64,000 bases of DNA, taken from assembly GCA_044892505.1 (NCBI GenBank), contig CM097882.1, forward strand, positions 196,974,001 through 197,038,000. The letters are read 5' to 3'. Source of the DNA: Schmidtea nova (lineage: Eukaryota). The translations under genes and the position numbers were made by a program. Each line of letters opens with the position of its first letter. Within the stretch, counting starts at the first letter, position 1. Positions 11,883 through 25,915 of the stretch are shown here, piece after piece. A model generated the notes under the pieces. That model saw nothing but the letters and a program-made list of their open reading frames with translations, had not been told where the DNA came from and made no database searches.

Positions 11883-12856
11883 GGAAATCGAGAAGCCTTC
11901 TTCACTCTCAATAACGAAATTAAACTCGCAATTGTCTGGTTGATGCGTGAGGTAGTAGAACCTTTATGACATCCATGAGTGCCTGCTTTACGCTATATAT
12001 GTAGTTAATTGATTTTTCTGTGCGCTGTTGCATCCTTGGACTCTTTGTGAAGATTGAATCAATAAATTTTAAATTTTGCCATAATTAAGTTTGATTCTCT
12101 TTTTTATAACTATATTTAAGTTGCGTGGCTTCCGTAGGTTGAATCAGCCCCCGTCCTTCAAAATTAGAATTTATTTTTAATTTTAACATTTCAGAAAATT
12201 ATTGAATTCTGCTTTTAGTTTTGTCGTGGAATAACAATTTGTTGTATAGAAACTGGATTGTTTTATTCCCATTTCTTCTTAGTTCTCCCTCTTTCAGGTG
12301 TTACATCTTTGCTGTTGGTAAACGGATTTATCATTTAGATTTTTTATGATTTTAAATTATAGTGGATTTTAATCGTACTTTTACTGAAATCTGAAAATGC
12401 TAAGTTCATTGATTGTTTCCGTGATCAGAATCGATGAATAAAAGCTTACCGTGTAGGTAAACAATTTTTTAAACTACATCATTGATATTGATTTTATGTC
12501 ATTGTTCATTACGTCAATTCTTACAGATTTACAAAACTAGAATCGGAGAAAATAGAGAGTTATGTTCAATTCCAAATTAAACATTCAAACATCAGATTAT
12601 CATAAGACGGTGTTTCGAAACACTTGGTCGTAAAAGATCTTTTCTAACATAAATGATTGGCATCAAGCATTGGTTTCTCGCAAATCGTGCAGTACGGTTT
12701 TATTTTTGTTGGAGAGTAGTCATTTTTTCTTTATCAAATATTTGTTTTTGATCATGTAAATTATAGTAACTCGTCAAGTATTTTATCGTAGGTATGCTTA
12801 CTGGTTCTTATTTCCTTTTACGTATTTGTTCTCAACAAATAAGAGGTAAGGTTCAA

Positions 12857-12936
<80 letters not shown>
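12857..12936. repeat. (TA)n microsatellite
   Basis: Direct reading. Confidence 0.95.
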
Positions 12937-12939
<3 letters not shown>

Positions 12940-15900
12940 AATGTTGTATTCATTAGGACGAATATTATATTAGGCATTCATTAGGACGAAGATGAAATCA
13001 CAAGCATTACATGTTTTCCAGCTTTCATTTAGCATTTCAGCATTTTATAAGTTTATAAGTCAGATTTTCTTGTATAGATAAAATAGCTACGATATTATAG
13101 TATAAATAATATAAATAACAAAACCTTGCACTTGGCCAATCCACTAATCCTCATATAGTCAGATATGAGATGAAGCGTTTTTGGATGTATGCGCTCATTT
13201 CGATGAAAAAATGGATCAGAACGCTGAAAAAACTCCTGCGAACTAATGATTCACCAAAGCGACTAATTGCGGTACAACGACTAGATGGACCACCATCAGA
13301 CGTATGGAAAATGCATTAATTAAAAAAAAATATATGGTAATAAATTATATCAATAATTAGAATAAATCAAATATAGGTTAATTGTATAAAGGGGCGAAAT
13401 GTGCAGGTTTTCAAATGGGGACTAAATTGTCCGACATTAATTTCATGACATACAAAATAATCAAATAGAAATAAAACGAAAAAGCATATAAAATATTAAA
13501 TTTTCAAAGTCTAAAATATACCTGATAAAATAACATGAATATTAATTTAAGTTAATAATAAAGGAATCAACTAAAACAATTAAAATACTGGGCAAGAGAC
13601 AATCGAGTGGCATGACTTCGATGGTCTCCTGCCCTTCAATAGAAATAACCCTTACAGATTGGTTACGCGCTGGTTCTTGAAGTGCGAACAGAAAAATTTT
13701 CGGAACGATCGATTGAGGTTTCTCTACTAATTGAACAATGTTTCTCTGCGAGTCTCTTACTCTCTGTAGATATTTTGTTGTGAGTAAAATTTCAGTTGTG
13801 ATTCTTGCTGGGGACTCTTCAACTTGAAAGATTTTTCGTTAAAGATTTTTGCAGGGGTCCGCCTTGGAAAAATTCAAACTTAAAAGTCGCAAAATTCTGA
13901 AGAAATCCATTTTGATGGCGGTAAATATAGTTGCTCAAATTGCTATTTTCGTTGATGTATTAAAACTAATTGTTCTAGAAGAAATTTTCTAATTCTTGAA
14001 AATTAATTTCAATAATTTTACGCAAAATTGAATTATTATTTTTGCATAAAATTTTAAATAAATTCTAAATAATTAATTTTTGATCTAAAATTTCATTTTT
14101 AAATCAAAGTTTTTCCTAAGTTATTAATTTATCATAATTCTAAACTAAAAACAATTTTCTTTCATATTTTTCGAATTTTTACACTAAAATTTGAGAATTT
14201 CCTCCCGAAAAGATGTTTATTTTTCTTAGTGTGTTATTCCATTACACAATTGATGTTTTTACGTTATACAGGTGTTTTTCACATATACACTCAATGCGCT
14301 TTTGTTCGTTTTAATTTTTCAACTTGTTTTGATCGATTATTTCATATGTTCTGCTGCTACTGGGTTGTAATTGGTGTTTTGAGTTCATAGGATTTCAAAT
14401 CTACTTCTTGCGCGCTCTCTACATATTGTAATACCGCGCCATTTAAACAAATCTCAATCTTTGCCCAACAAAAGTAACACATAACATCGCTTATTTTATT
14501 GTTATGCTCAGCCAAACATTGATTAAAAATGTATTACGTTTTATTTGTAAAAACCCAGCAAAAAATATATCCCTGCAAAAAACATCGATGAAGAAATTAA
14601 AATTGTAAAAGAAAATCGCAATGTTTTCTAATTTCGTTGATTTTAGATATTAACTTGTAGCATCGAAAACTAAATGTATACAAAAAGAAACAAATTCAAA
14701 GTGCACAATTAAGTATCATGAAGTAAAATAAAATAAGAGAATATAAAACATTAAAGTACAAATAGTAGTCATTACATAAGTTGGTTGAGATAAGGATGAA
14801 ACGATAGAATAAAGGTGTTTTAAAAGAGAGCCCATAATTTGATTGCAGGTTGGATTTACATACAAAGGACCGCCAAGAATTAAATGGGGAAGATCTTTGC
14901 TTGTATATTGAATAAAAAAGCATGATCAAAGAATAAAAGCAGTATTAAAATAAAGAGAATAAATTATTAAAAATTGTAGAAGGAATCCCCATTGAAATAT
15001 CGTAAAAATAACAGAAATAGAATTGAAAATAAAATTGAAATAAAATTCGATTGTTTTAATCAATCAATTAACGCGCGCAAAAGTTAATGCACACATTATT
15101 TAATAGAATTTAAAAAAATATTTAAAAAATAAATTATAAAATTAAAATTACGGAAAATAAATAAATAATCATTTATTAAAATAAATAAGTTAAATAGTAA
15201 AAATTATATATGAATAAAATTATAAATAGTTGCATTTAATCAATGAAATGCGTAGGCGTCACTTATAATTAGTATAAATAGACACTGAAAAATCATAATT
15301 TAACTACTAATTTTGTGGACGGATAATTTAACTTTAAATTTTAAGGAGAGTGATTTTTCCCTCCCAGCCAGCACCAGTGACGATTGAGTTTATTCAGTGG
15401 AGTGAATCGAACGTAGGTTTTATGTTTTATGATGATAAATATTAGGCTGTACATTTGAAAGTTGTTAATAAACCTTTAAATTCTATATGTTTTTTGTTAA
15501 ATATTATCAAGCTCGTTCAAATGATTTCTGATTTAAAATGATTTTAGGAGAAGCTCTGTTGGTGCAAAGGTTACAAGTTCTCGGTTGTTAAGAATTGTTT
15601 GGATCGATTAATCGATTAAAGTCTTCCTACCATCTTATTATTAAATTATATAAAATAGAGAGGGAAAGAGTAAATTATGGAAATTAGGAATAAATAAGCA
15701 TTGATCTGTGATAGAATAATGGATAGAAAGATTGAAATTAATTAATAAAATAGATATGTGCGTAACTCCTTCTATCGGCAGCAGGAACCTGAAAGAGAAA
15801 ATATAGTGAGGATTATTTTTGGCGACGAAGTTCACCTGCTCATTGAATTCTCGCACCACTATGTACATTGCCAACATAGATTACGAGAGAGTAACTATGG

Positions 15901-16950
15901 GTTCACAAGTGAGGGAGATTTAACATTTTCCCGATGGTGTGTGGGTTTACCGTAATCCATAGTAACAACAATTTTTAACAACCCATACACCAACAAAATA
16001 TTGATATAAATTTCGGGTTTTAGAGATGAGATATGTTGAGTGAATTAAAAATAATAAATCGCTTTGTTTTTATAAAAAATAAGGCATGTTTTTTGTAAAT
16101 TAATCAATTTAGATTATATATAACATTTAATTGAAATTATATCTAAAGAATGGGACAAAAGAATGAGCTCTATACCTTCTAACGGTCACTCTTGAACCCA
16201 AAAGGGATATTCAGTTAATTATAATTCTGTGTAGAGCGCTAACGTTTTGCGAATATCCACCCGTTTGTTAAATTATGGGCGTTGCTTAAATTGTTTATGT
16301 GGTTTCTAAGGAAAACGATAAATTGAGATCCATCAATAATCTAACAAAGAACTTAGAATTATTTTACTCAAAAAATCTTTCGTCTTAAACACTCGTGAAA
16401 AAACACATAGTAAAAATAAATGACTGAAGATGAAACAGTGAAACGAAGCTCAAGCGATGAAACGAATGAAAAGCCGGATTTATACTCAGAGCAGTCCTTA
16501 CATATTTGGTATCTCTGTTCTAATTTTTGTGGCGCATTTAAAAATTGATATTGCATTTCATATATATACACTTATCTAAAAATTATTGTGTTCAAATTAT
16601 TTTAAAAATAGTAATATCAATACAAAATAAAATAGAAAGTTTTTAAAAATTATTTGGTGTTCATGTGTTATAGCACAGTCAACATATTGGTTGGACATCC
16701 CTGTATGTAACAACTGATTGAAACTTTGATTAGCTCATGTTAATCATTGTTTAAAAAACTAATCAAATGAACTTGATTTTATTTTTGTATTTTATTTTTG
16801 TTTTTTTTCATAATTCAAATCAGGAATAGTATTAAATATTTAAATTGTTTATTCGAGTTATTTTATTGATACACCTTGTTTTTATTACAAATATATTATA
16901 TATTTATGTTTAATTGTTTTTAATATTTTAAAATAAATAAATAAATTGTC

Positions 16951-17983
16951 ATGCACAAAATAAAACATCAATTTAATATCGTGGCTTCATCAGCATTGAT
17001 TATGGTTAATTAAAATTCTTAATTTATTCTTTGGTAAATAAGTCATTAGATTTTTGGATTAGCAATTGCCGTGTTGTCGATATTTATTTTATACGATCAA
17101 ACCAATATTTTTGAAATAATTGGATCAAGCTTATATCAAAATGGAATTTACATCGCTGCCTTTTCAGGAATTCTTATAATTCTTATATGTATTATTTCTT
17201 ATCTTGGCGCTTGTTTCTTGAATAGATTTTTTATTATTATGGTAATGTTAAAATAAAATATGTTTAATAAAAGCTTTATTTTGTAACTCAATAGACTTGC
17301 GTATTTCAAATTATTATAACAATAATGCTTCTTTTGGCGGGAATTTTAATTCTTATTTTCGATTATGACGTAAGCATTAAATCAACTTATCCAGTTTGAT
17401 ATTCACGGAGTTAGATGAATGCAAAATCTCAAACATTTATGGAGAGCAGTCTGCTTATTTCATACAATAAGACCAGTTTGATTACGAAATCCTGGGATGA
17501 GGCACAAATTAGATTGAGATGTTGTGCAGTGTCTGATAGAGGATGGCAATTATATCGTTCTTCATACTGGAGTGCGAATACAAATATCGTGCGGAATTAT
17601 AATTTTAATCTCACAGGTAAAATTGGAGTATTTGAATGACATTGTTATTGAACATTAAATTTACCCTTGCTTAAGAATTCAGTCCATTTTATCAAATGGT
17701 TCCAGAATCCTGTTGTTATCGTCTAATAGATGGACAAACAGGATGGCCAAGTGACAAGCCATTGAATATTGATCAATGTCAAAGTTTTTTATTCGGACCT
17801 CCTCGCTTTTCCGATGGAGCTCATAATCCAGCAATCTACTATAGAGTGATTAAACATTAACCAACTTGTTTTTTATTGTTTAATTTCATCTTTATCCAGG
17901 GTTGTTTCAATGCTACGAGATCTTATATAAAAAATTATTCGGGTTATATGGGTGGTCTTTGCTTATTAACAATACCGGTTATG
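16951..17983 (+). CDS. Tetraspanin; exons 16951-17004, 17050-17241, 17295-17369, 17415-17616, 17676-17845, 17900-17983; last exon unresolved
   Basis: Three N-terminal TM segments, EC2 with LRCCA (CCG-motif variant), VPESCC, terminal GC, then the start of TM4. All six exons join in frame via 45-59 nt GT-AG introns. Confidence 0.88.
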
Positions 17984-18136
17984 GTAAGTGTTATTCAGTC
18001 ATCGCTGCGTCTAATACATTCATATTATCTATCAATTGGATTCCTTATATTTTGTTTTACATAAAATCATAACAAACTCTTTGAAAAGTTGCCATTTTCT
18101 TTTATATTATTATCCCTTATTAATTAAAGGTACAAC

Positions 18137-18541
18137 TAGAGCCGGATTTACTCTTGAGGGGGCCCAAGGCTAAAAATCTTATGGTGCTCTTTTATAATTT
18201 TTTTTAAACATAAAGGTTAATTTGTTAATGTTATTTCGCACAATCAGTAATCTGAAGCAATGATTTGATTTTAATGTTTTGTTTGTAAACGGTTGAAGAA
18301 AATCAAAGCCAACATTGTTTTTTCTAAAATCAAAATTTGAAAAAATATTGTGCTTTCGTGAAATTTTTACTTTAGAAAGGTATTATATTAAATATGATAT
18401 GAAATATAATTAAATACTTCTTTACTCATATTACACAAATATAATAATCTGCAAATAATTAAAAGATGTAATAAGTTTTTATAATAATAATACAAAATTT
18501 GGGGCCCCCGCCAGTCAGCCTAAGGGTAAATCCAGGCCCTG
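18137..18541. mobile_element. hAT-type MITE (405 bp)
   Basis: Imperfect TIRs tagagccggatttac / gtaaatccaggccctg; 8-bp TSD ggtacaac/gatacaac. Confidence 0.75.
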
Positions 18542-18730
18542 GATACAACTCATTGATTTGCTATATTTGTTGTTGATCGAAACCAAAGTCACTTGAATAA
18601 TTTTGTTGAAGATGTTAAGAAAGAAGTTGGACGTTGGAGAAAAAATTATAAAATGGACTTGTAACTAATAAACTTGAAAATGTTTTAACTGTCAATATCT
18701 AAAATGAATTAATTATGAATTAATAACATT

Positions 18731-18733
<3 letters not shown>

Positions 18734-18795
<62 letters not shown>
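18734..18795. repeat. (TA)n microsatellite
   Basis: Direct reading. Confidence 0.95.
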
Positions 18796-18797
<2 letters not shown>

Positions 18798-20049
18798 TGT
18801 CGATAACCGTCTTTGTGGATTGTTACCCCAGAATCAATCAAAACAAGGGGGATGAGCCAGTTGCGCAAATTTCGCCCCATACCATCATAGGTTTTTGGTA
18901 TTGTCGATGTTTAACACTGGAAGCGCTGTCTGAAGTGATATTTGATCAGATCTGATTGCTTTGAGTATTTTACCTGTGTTTCAACGTGAATAGCTTTTCA
19001 TCGGAAAAGAAAATCCGGCCCGATTCGTAGTAGCGGTTCATTTGAGAAGCTCTCGACATCTCTCAAAATGGTTTGCTGTCATCGATGAGCATTTGTCCTT
19101 GTTTGAGCCTGCATGGGTGAAGATTGAGCTTCTTTTTGGCAATAATTCAAACCGATTCACGAGCAATTCCTCATTGATAAATGTGAATTCCGGAAGATGC
19201 GTTTCTTGATGATTTTCTGGTTTCGGGAGGTCTTTACTGTCCCTTTTTCGGCCGAAAATAAAAAAAATATTTTATTGATAACGTAAAAACAAAACACATA
19301 TAGACTAAACATGGTAGAGAATCTAATAAAAATAAAATTAGAGCGAAAAACTAAAATTGAAAATTTTTTGATTTGAACAAGTTTTCCAAGTTATTTCTGG
19401 TCACACTGTATTTATAAAAATAAATGAATAATATTTATGGAACGAACAGTAATATTTTACATAGTACCTTCGTTCAAAAAGATTATCCGAATTAAAAGCG
19501 ATAGTATATATTAGGTATCACATATAACGTAAAACAAACAAATATTATTATAATTATTATAATTATAAAATGGTGATTCCCTGGTAGCAGCATTAAGTAT
19601 TAAATTAATTAATAAATAAGTAACAAAATAAGCCTTTGCTGTATTAACAATTTTATTAAGTGGGAAAATTTTCTATTATAAAATAATCCTCGTCAATCTC
19701 TAATTTGGCAAATAACTGGAATTTTCATTCATTCTGTTTCTTTTTTCGTGATTTCTCTTCCTTTTCATTGAATGTTAATCTGATTAATATAAATTTTTTA
19801 AATTCTTAATTTTTTTAAAATGTTTTTTGTTAAAAATTTAAAAATATAAAATAAAAACTCTAAAAATTCTTAAAAATTCTTTCTAAATTTTTTTCAGAAT
19901 AAATAAATTTATCCTTTTTTTTAAAAATTGAAAATTTTTAAAATTTTCATTGTTTGTATTCTACACTTTTAATTTTCCAACCTTGAATTTGAATTTTATT
20001 TTTTTCTATTTTTTCTATTTTATTTTATCTCTTTGAAATGCCCATAAAT

Positions 20050-20642
20050 TCTCTCTACTATCATACTATCAGACTATCATCGATATTCAACCGGATACCA
20101 AATTCATCCAGGAAGTTCATTCCACCAATTAGTTGAGGTCTAATTTCATCTGCTATATAAAATTGTATATCTTTACTTTCTTTTATTCCTTGAATTTTAA
20201 TGTTTATCATAATAGTTCAAACAATATAAAGGGGACTGTTATTTGCACATTTTACTTTCATATTACTCTTTTTGACATTATTCATGTAACATTCCTCAAT
20301 CATATTGCCGTCTATGACGCTGATTTTTGCTTCTGTGTCAAGCAAACATCTTAAACATCTACCATTCATAGTAACATCAACGCTTGGTCTGCCTCCCATA
20401 GCATCATATCTGATAACTGAATCCCTGTCATTCATCAAACACATACTTGAATCAATTGTTAGTAATCTTTCTTCACTACTACTTCCACTTGCATCATAGT
20501 GGCTGTTAATTTCATTTATTAAACTTATACATTCGCTATTTTGAGAGTTATATTCAGATATACTATTTCTATTTAATTCGCAAATATTATTTATATTAAA
20601 AAAATTATTATTTAAATATTTACAAAACATACAATCAAACAT
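20050..20642 (-). pseudogene. Retroviral-type aspartic protease fragment of an older Gypsy element, abutting the 5' LTR of Gypsy-1
   Basis: CLLDTEAKISVI (DTG-like) and, after a stop, PQLIGGMNFLDEFGI. Confidence 0.7.
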
Positions 20643-20924
20643 ACAATCACAATTGTGAATGTCATATTTTACGGTCTAATTTATTTTATGATTAGAGATA
20701 TTCGTGTATTATGTTTTAAGCGCCGTCATTGTTATGGACGGCGCCCTTGCGGTCACCGGGGTCCCCCTCTTTTTCTTGTGAAGGATAATATTTATTATTA
20801 TTATTATTATTATTATTAACCTAAAACGAATTTTAAATTCGAAATTCGAATTTGGCTTGCTATAGCAAACGCTATAGTAAGCCAAATCGACAGAAATAAA
20901 AAAATCGATATTTAAAAATAGAGT

Positions 20925-21130
20925 AATTATCTGAATAATCTGAAGAATAATCTGAATAATAGAAGAATAATCTGAATAATCTGAATAAAGAATAATCTGA
21001 AGAATAATCTGAATAATAGAAGAATAATCTGAATAATCTGAATAGAAGGATAATCTGAAGAATAATCTGAATAATAGAAGAATAATCTGAATAATCTGAA
21101 TAGAAGAATAATCTGAAGAATTATCTGAAC
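20925..21130. repeat. GAATAATCT-based minisatellite within the 5' LTR (expanded copy at ~25275-25540 in the 3' LTR)
   Basis: Tandem tctgaataatagaagaataa units; accounts for most of the 855 vs 948 bp LTR length difference. Confidence 0.9.
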
Positions 21131-21547
21131 AATAACATTATCGTTCTCAGGTCAAGTCCCCCTCTATAAAATATATCGATATCAACCGATAAACAATTCC
21201 AGAAAGAGCAAGCAACGATTATCAGAATAATAACATTATTGTACTTGAGACAAGTTCACTCTATTCTAATATAAGTTATCAGCAGTCCTTTGATTCACCT
21301 ACCCTTAGCCAGCCTCAAAATATTGTACAGGTTCAATTTGCCTTTAGTATCGCAAGATAACCGGAATGTCCAAGGCCGAACAACCAATATATAGACAATA
21401 GTAAAGTAATATTTTCGTGGTTTTTCGGGTTATTTTTACTTAATAAAACTTATTTAATTAATTGAGTTATTCAGTAGTTTTTTATATTTTATATTCAGTA
21501 TTTGTACATTTTACTCAACGCAATCAATTACACAGCAAACACCCCGA

Positions 21548-24500
21548 GTGTCCCAACAATTAATAGGAGACTCTCTCGGGCCCTACAACATTTCTCTGCA
21601 CACACCAGTGATAGCACCCACATCAGGTGACAAAAACAACACATTTTGGGTGCACAGTAATAACATAGATTTTTTAATAGACACCGGCTCGGTGATTTCA
21701 TTACTGCCCCATTTTATGTATAAAAGTGCCAACAAAACAGAAAAACCATTAACAGCAGCTAACGGCACAAACATAAAAACCTCCGGGCAACAAACAATAA
21801 ACGTAACCATAAATAAAAAGAACTACAACTGGACATTCACTATAGCCGAGGTCCAACAAGCGATAATAGGAGCAGACTTCCTAACAAATTACAACCTCTT
21901 AGTTGATTGCAAAAACAAGCAAATACTAGAAAATACTAACGGTACAACTCGACAACGCAACACGAGCAGTGGACAAAGACATTGGCGTCGTTACAACAAA
22001 CATAAAAAACAAACCAAACCGGAATAAAAACATACCAGAAATCGACAAAATTCTGGAACGATTCAAGGAATTAACGGAACCCGTCCAATTCAACGACGAC
22101 ACAGAAAAAACAACCGAACACGCCATAATCACAAACGGAAATCCAGAGTACGCAAAAGTAAGACCACTGGACCCCAAAAAGATAGAAATCACAAAAAACA
22201 TTTTCAGCGAACTGTTAGAAAATAACATAGTAAAACATTCCAACTCTGAATGGTCTTCAGCATTGATGCTTAAACAAAAAGCAAATGGTGAATGGAGAGC
22301 CTGCGGCGATTACAGACTATTAAACAAAATAACAGAACCAGGCAGCTACCCATTACCTATAATTAAAGACATCATAAATAGATTAAACGGCGCAAAATAC
22401 TTCTCAAAAATAGATCTACAAAAAGCATACCACCAGATCCCAATTAGAAAAGAGGACGTCAAAAAGACAGCAATAACAACCCCAATCGGAATGTTCGAAT
22501 ACAACCGAATGCCTTTCGGTTTACGAAATGCGGCGGCAACATTCAAACGATTCATGGACCAAACGATGAAAAACAACAAAAACACAATAGCTTACCTGGA
22601 TGACATCCTAATATCAAGCCCAGACAAAACAACTCATCTAAAAGATGTAGAAACGGTGTTCGAAACACTGAACAAAGCAAAACTCAAAATAAACATACAA
22701 AAATGCGAATTCATGAGAAATGAAATAAATTTTCTGGGACACACACTAAACGACAAAGGAACACAGCCAATCGAAAACAAAATTAACAATATAAAAAACT
22801 ACAAACTACCAACAACCACAAGAGAGTTGAGCAGATTTCTAGGAATGGTAAACTTCTACCATTCGTACATCCCAAACTGCAGTAAATTACTAGCACCATT
22901 AAATGACATTATCACAACAAAGTGAAATGTCACAATAAACTGGACTCATCAAACAACCGAAGCATTCGAGAAAGCCAAAGAAAGTCTTTCAACGGCAACA
23001 CTACTCGGATATCCTGATCCAGAAATAGAATACCAATTAACTACAGACTGCTCAGGTTTTGCAATGGGTGCAACAATTTTCCAGGAAAACAAATTCGGAA
23101 AACAACCACTAGGTTTCTTCTCTAAAAAGCTAAAGTCACACCAAACAAGATATTCGACTTTTGACAGAGAACTACTAGCAATACATGATTCAATCAAACA
23201 CTTTCAACATCTACTCGAAGGGCGAACTTTCAAAATATTCACCGACCACAAACCGCTAACAAACGCAATTGAAATGAAAAATCCTTCGCCAAGACAGATC
23301 AGACAAATCAACTTCATTTCACAATTCAATTGTACAATAAACTATGTAGCGGGAAAATCAAACATAGCAGCAGACGCCTTTTCCAGAACCGAAAGTGACA
23401 TAAATTCCTTAGAATTCGGTGAAATGATTAATTTGTATCAAATCAAACCCAAACAAAACGAAACATTAAGGAAACTGCCTACTAAACACAGCCTAAAACT
23501 CCAGGAACTTAACGGAGTATGGTACGATGTATCCAACGAAAGCAACAGACGAATTCTTCTACGTGAAGAATTCCGCCAAAAATGCATCGAAAAGATCCAC
23601 TCCATTAATCATCCGGGAAACAAAACGACTTTCGAATTAATTCACAACAATTATATATGGCCCGACATGAGGAAAGAGATAAAAAAGTTTGTCAAAAGCT
23701 GCCATAATTGCCAAATAAGCAAACCGACAAAGAAAATTAAAACAGAAAAAGTAAACTTCCCAAGTAGTCAACCCTTCGAGGTGATTCACATAGACATAGT
23801 AGGACCGTTACCACCGAACAACGGGTACAACTACTTACTAACAATCATCGACAGAAAGACAAACTGGTTTGAAATCGTCCCAATAAAAGAAATATCCGCT
23901 CAAAATATATGTAACAACATCGAACTGAATTGGATAGCTCGCTACGGACAACCCAAAATACTAATAACAGATCAAGGGAGGCAATTTGAATCAGAATTAT
24001 TCAGCGCCCTATGTAAAAAATATGAAATAAAACGAAATCGAACAACCGCTTACAACCCTCAAGTGAATGGAAAAGTCGAAAGACTGCATAGAACGCTTAA
24101 ACAAAGCATCCGAACCAAAGCGAATCACAGAAATTGGTTGTCTGAACTACCGACAATATTGCTGGGACTAAGGAACACACCAAACTCAATAGACAACGAA
24201 AGTCCAGCATGCAAAGTGTTTGGCAGAGAATCAAACCTCCCAACAATTAAAAACAATACAACAGAAAACGCAAAAACCAACAAACAACCAAACGACACAA
24301 ACAACGAAAAAATAGAAAAGAAATTAAATGGAATCCTAAAAAAGAGAGCGAACTCTGAAATGGACGGAAAAGTAGTTCTAACGACAGACTACGTATTAAT
24401 CAAAAAGCCCTTCACCAAAGTTTTCGAACCAAAATACGAAGGCCCATTCAAATTGCTAGAAATTAATAAAAATGTGGCAACAATAATAAAAGACAACATC

Positions 24501-24644
24501 AAAACAAGAATAAATCTTAGAAGCATTAAACCATACCACAACAATCAAAACACTCCAAACAACCCCACAAAAGAAAAAGCCCCGCCACAAACAAAAACAC
24601 AAACAAAACATAAACACATCACATTCAACTCCAAAACTCGATAA
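21548..24644 (+). pseudogene. Gypsy pol (protease, RT, RNase H, integrase) with a PR/RT frameshift and an in-frame TGA at 22923-22925
   Basis: LIDTGS; YLDDILI; TTDCSGFAMGA...ELLAI...TDHKPL; HHCC zinc finger; IHIDIVGP, TDQGRQF, VERLHR. Confidence 0.92.
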
Positions 24645-25915
24645 AACTGTTCTACAAGGACACAATAATCACAACCCTTTACAAAAAACGCTATAGCGAT
24701 TGCCTCAAATAAAAATACACAAGCAAAACACAGGCACCACATAGTCATCATTTGTACAGATTTTTATTTTTCTATGTAAATATGTAATTTATGTTGTTAA
24801 CTTGTAATCAAACAAACAAAACATAACAAAAACAATACAAAACAAAAAAAAAGGTTTTATGCTACTGTTATTATAAAACAATGTAAATTTTGAGTAATTT
24901 GTAAAAGGGTTCAAATATAAATGTTAATTTTTATTCTTTTGTTAACCTCCGGTTTTAAAGGGGGAAGTTATGTGAATGTCATATTTTACGGTCTAATTTA
25001 TTTTATGATTAGAGATATTCGTGTATTATGTTGTAAGCGCCGTCATTGTTATGGACGGCGCCCTTGCGGTCACCGGGGGCCCCCTTTTTCTTGTGAAGGG
25101 TAATATTTATTTTTATTATTATTATTATTATTTTTTATTTTTATTATTTATTTTTATTATTATTATTAACCTAAAACGAATTTTAAATTCGAAATTCGAA
25201 TTTGGCTTGCTATAGCAAACGCTATAGTAACCCAAATCGACAGAAATTAAAAAATCGATATTTAAAAATAGAGTTATTATCTGAATAATCTGAAGAATAA
25301 TCTGAATAATAGAAGAATAATCTGAATAATAGAAGAATAATCTGAATAATAGAAGAATAATCTGAATAATAGAAGAATAATCTGAATAATCTGAATAGAA
25401 GAATAATCTGAAGAATAATCTGAAGAATAATCTGAATAATAGAAGAATAATCTGAATAATCTGAATAGAAGGATAATCTGAATAATAGAAGAATAATCTG
25501 AATAATCTGAATAGAAGAATAATCTGAAGAATAATCTGAACAATAACATTATCGTTCTCAGGTCAAGTCCCCCTTTATAAAATATATCGATATCAACCGA
25601 TAAACAATTCCAGAAAGAGCAAGCAACGATTATCAGAATAATAACATTATTGTACTTGAGACAAGTTCACTCTATTCTAATATAAGTTATCAGCAGTCCT
25701 TTGATTCGCCTACCCTTAGCCAGCCTCAAAATATTGTACAGGTTCAATTTGCCTTTAGTATCGCAAGATAACCGGAAGGTCCAAGGCCGAACAACCAATA
25801 TATAGACAATAGTAAAGTAATATTTTCGTGGTTTTTCGGGTTATTTTTACTTAATAAAACTTGTTTAATTAATTGAGTTATTCAGTAGTTTTTATATTTT
25901 ATATTCAGTAATTGT

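Noticed and set aside
21926-24751. Antisense ORFs over Gypsy-1 pol (and similar shadows over Gypsy-2, pPolB and EED)
   Set aside because: Shadow frames produced by strong codon and strand bias of the real genes.
25277-25549. 90-aa ORF (YSDYSSIIQII repeats)
   Set aside because: It is a translation of the LTR minisatellite.
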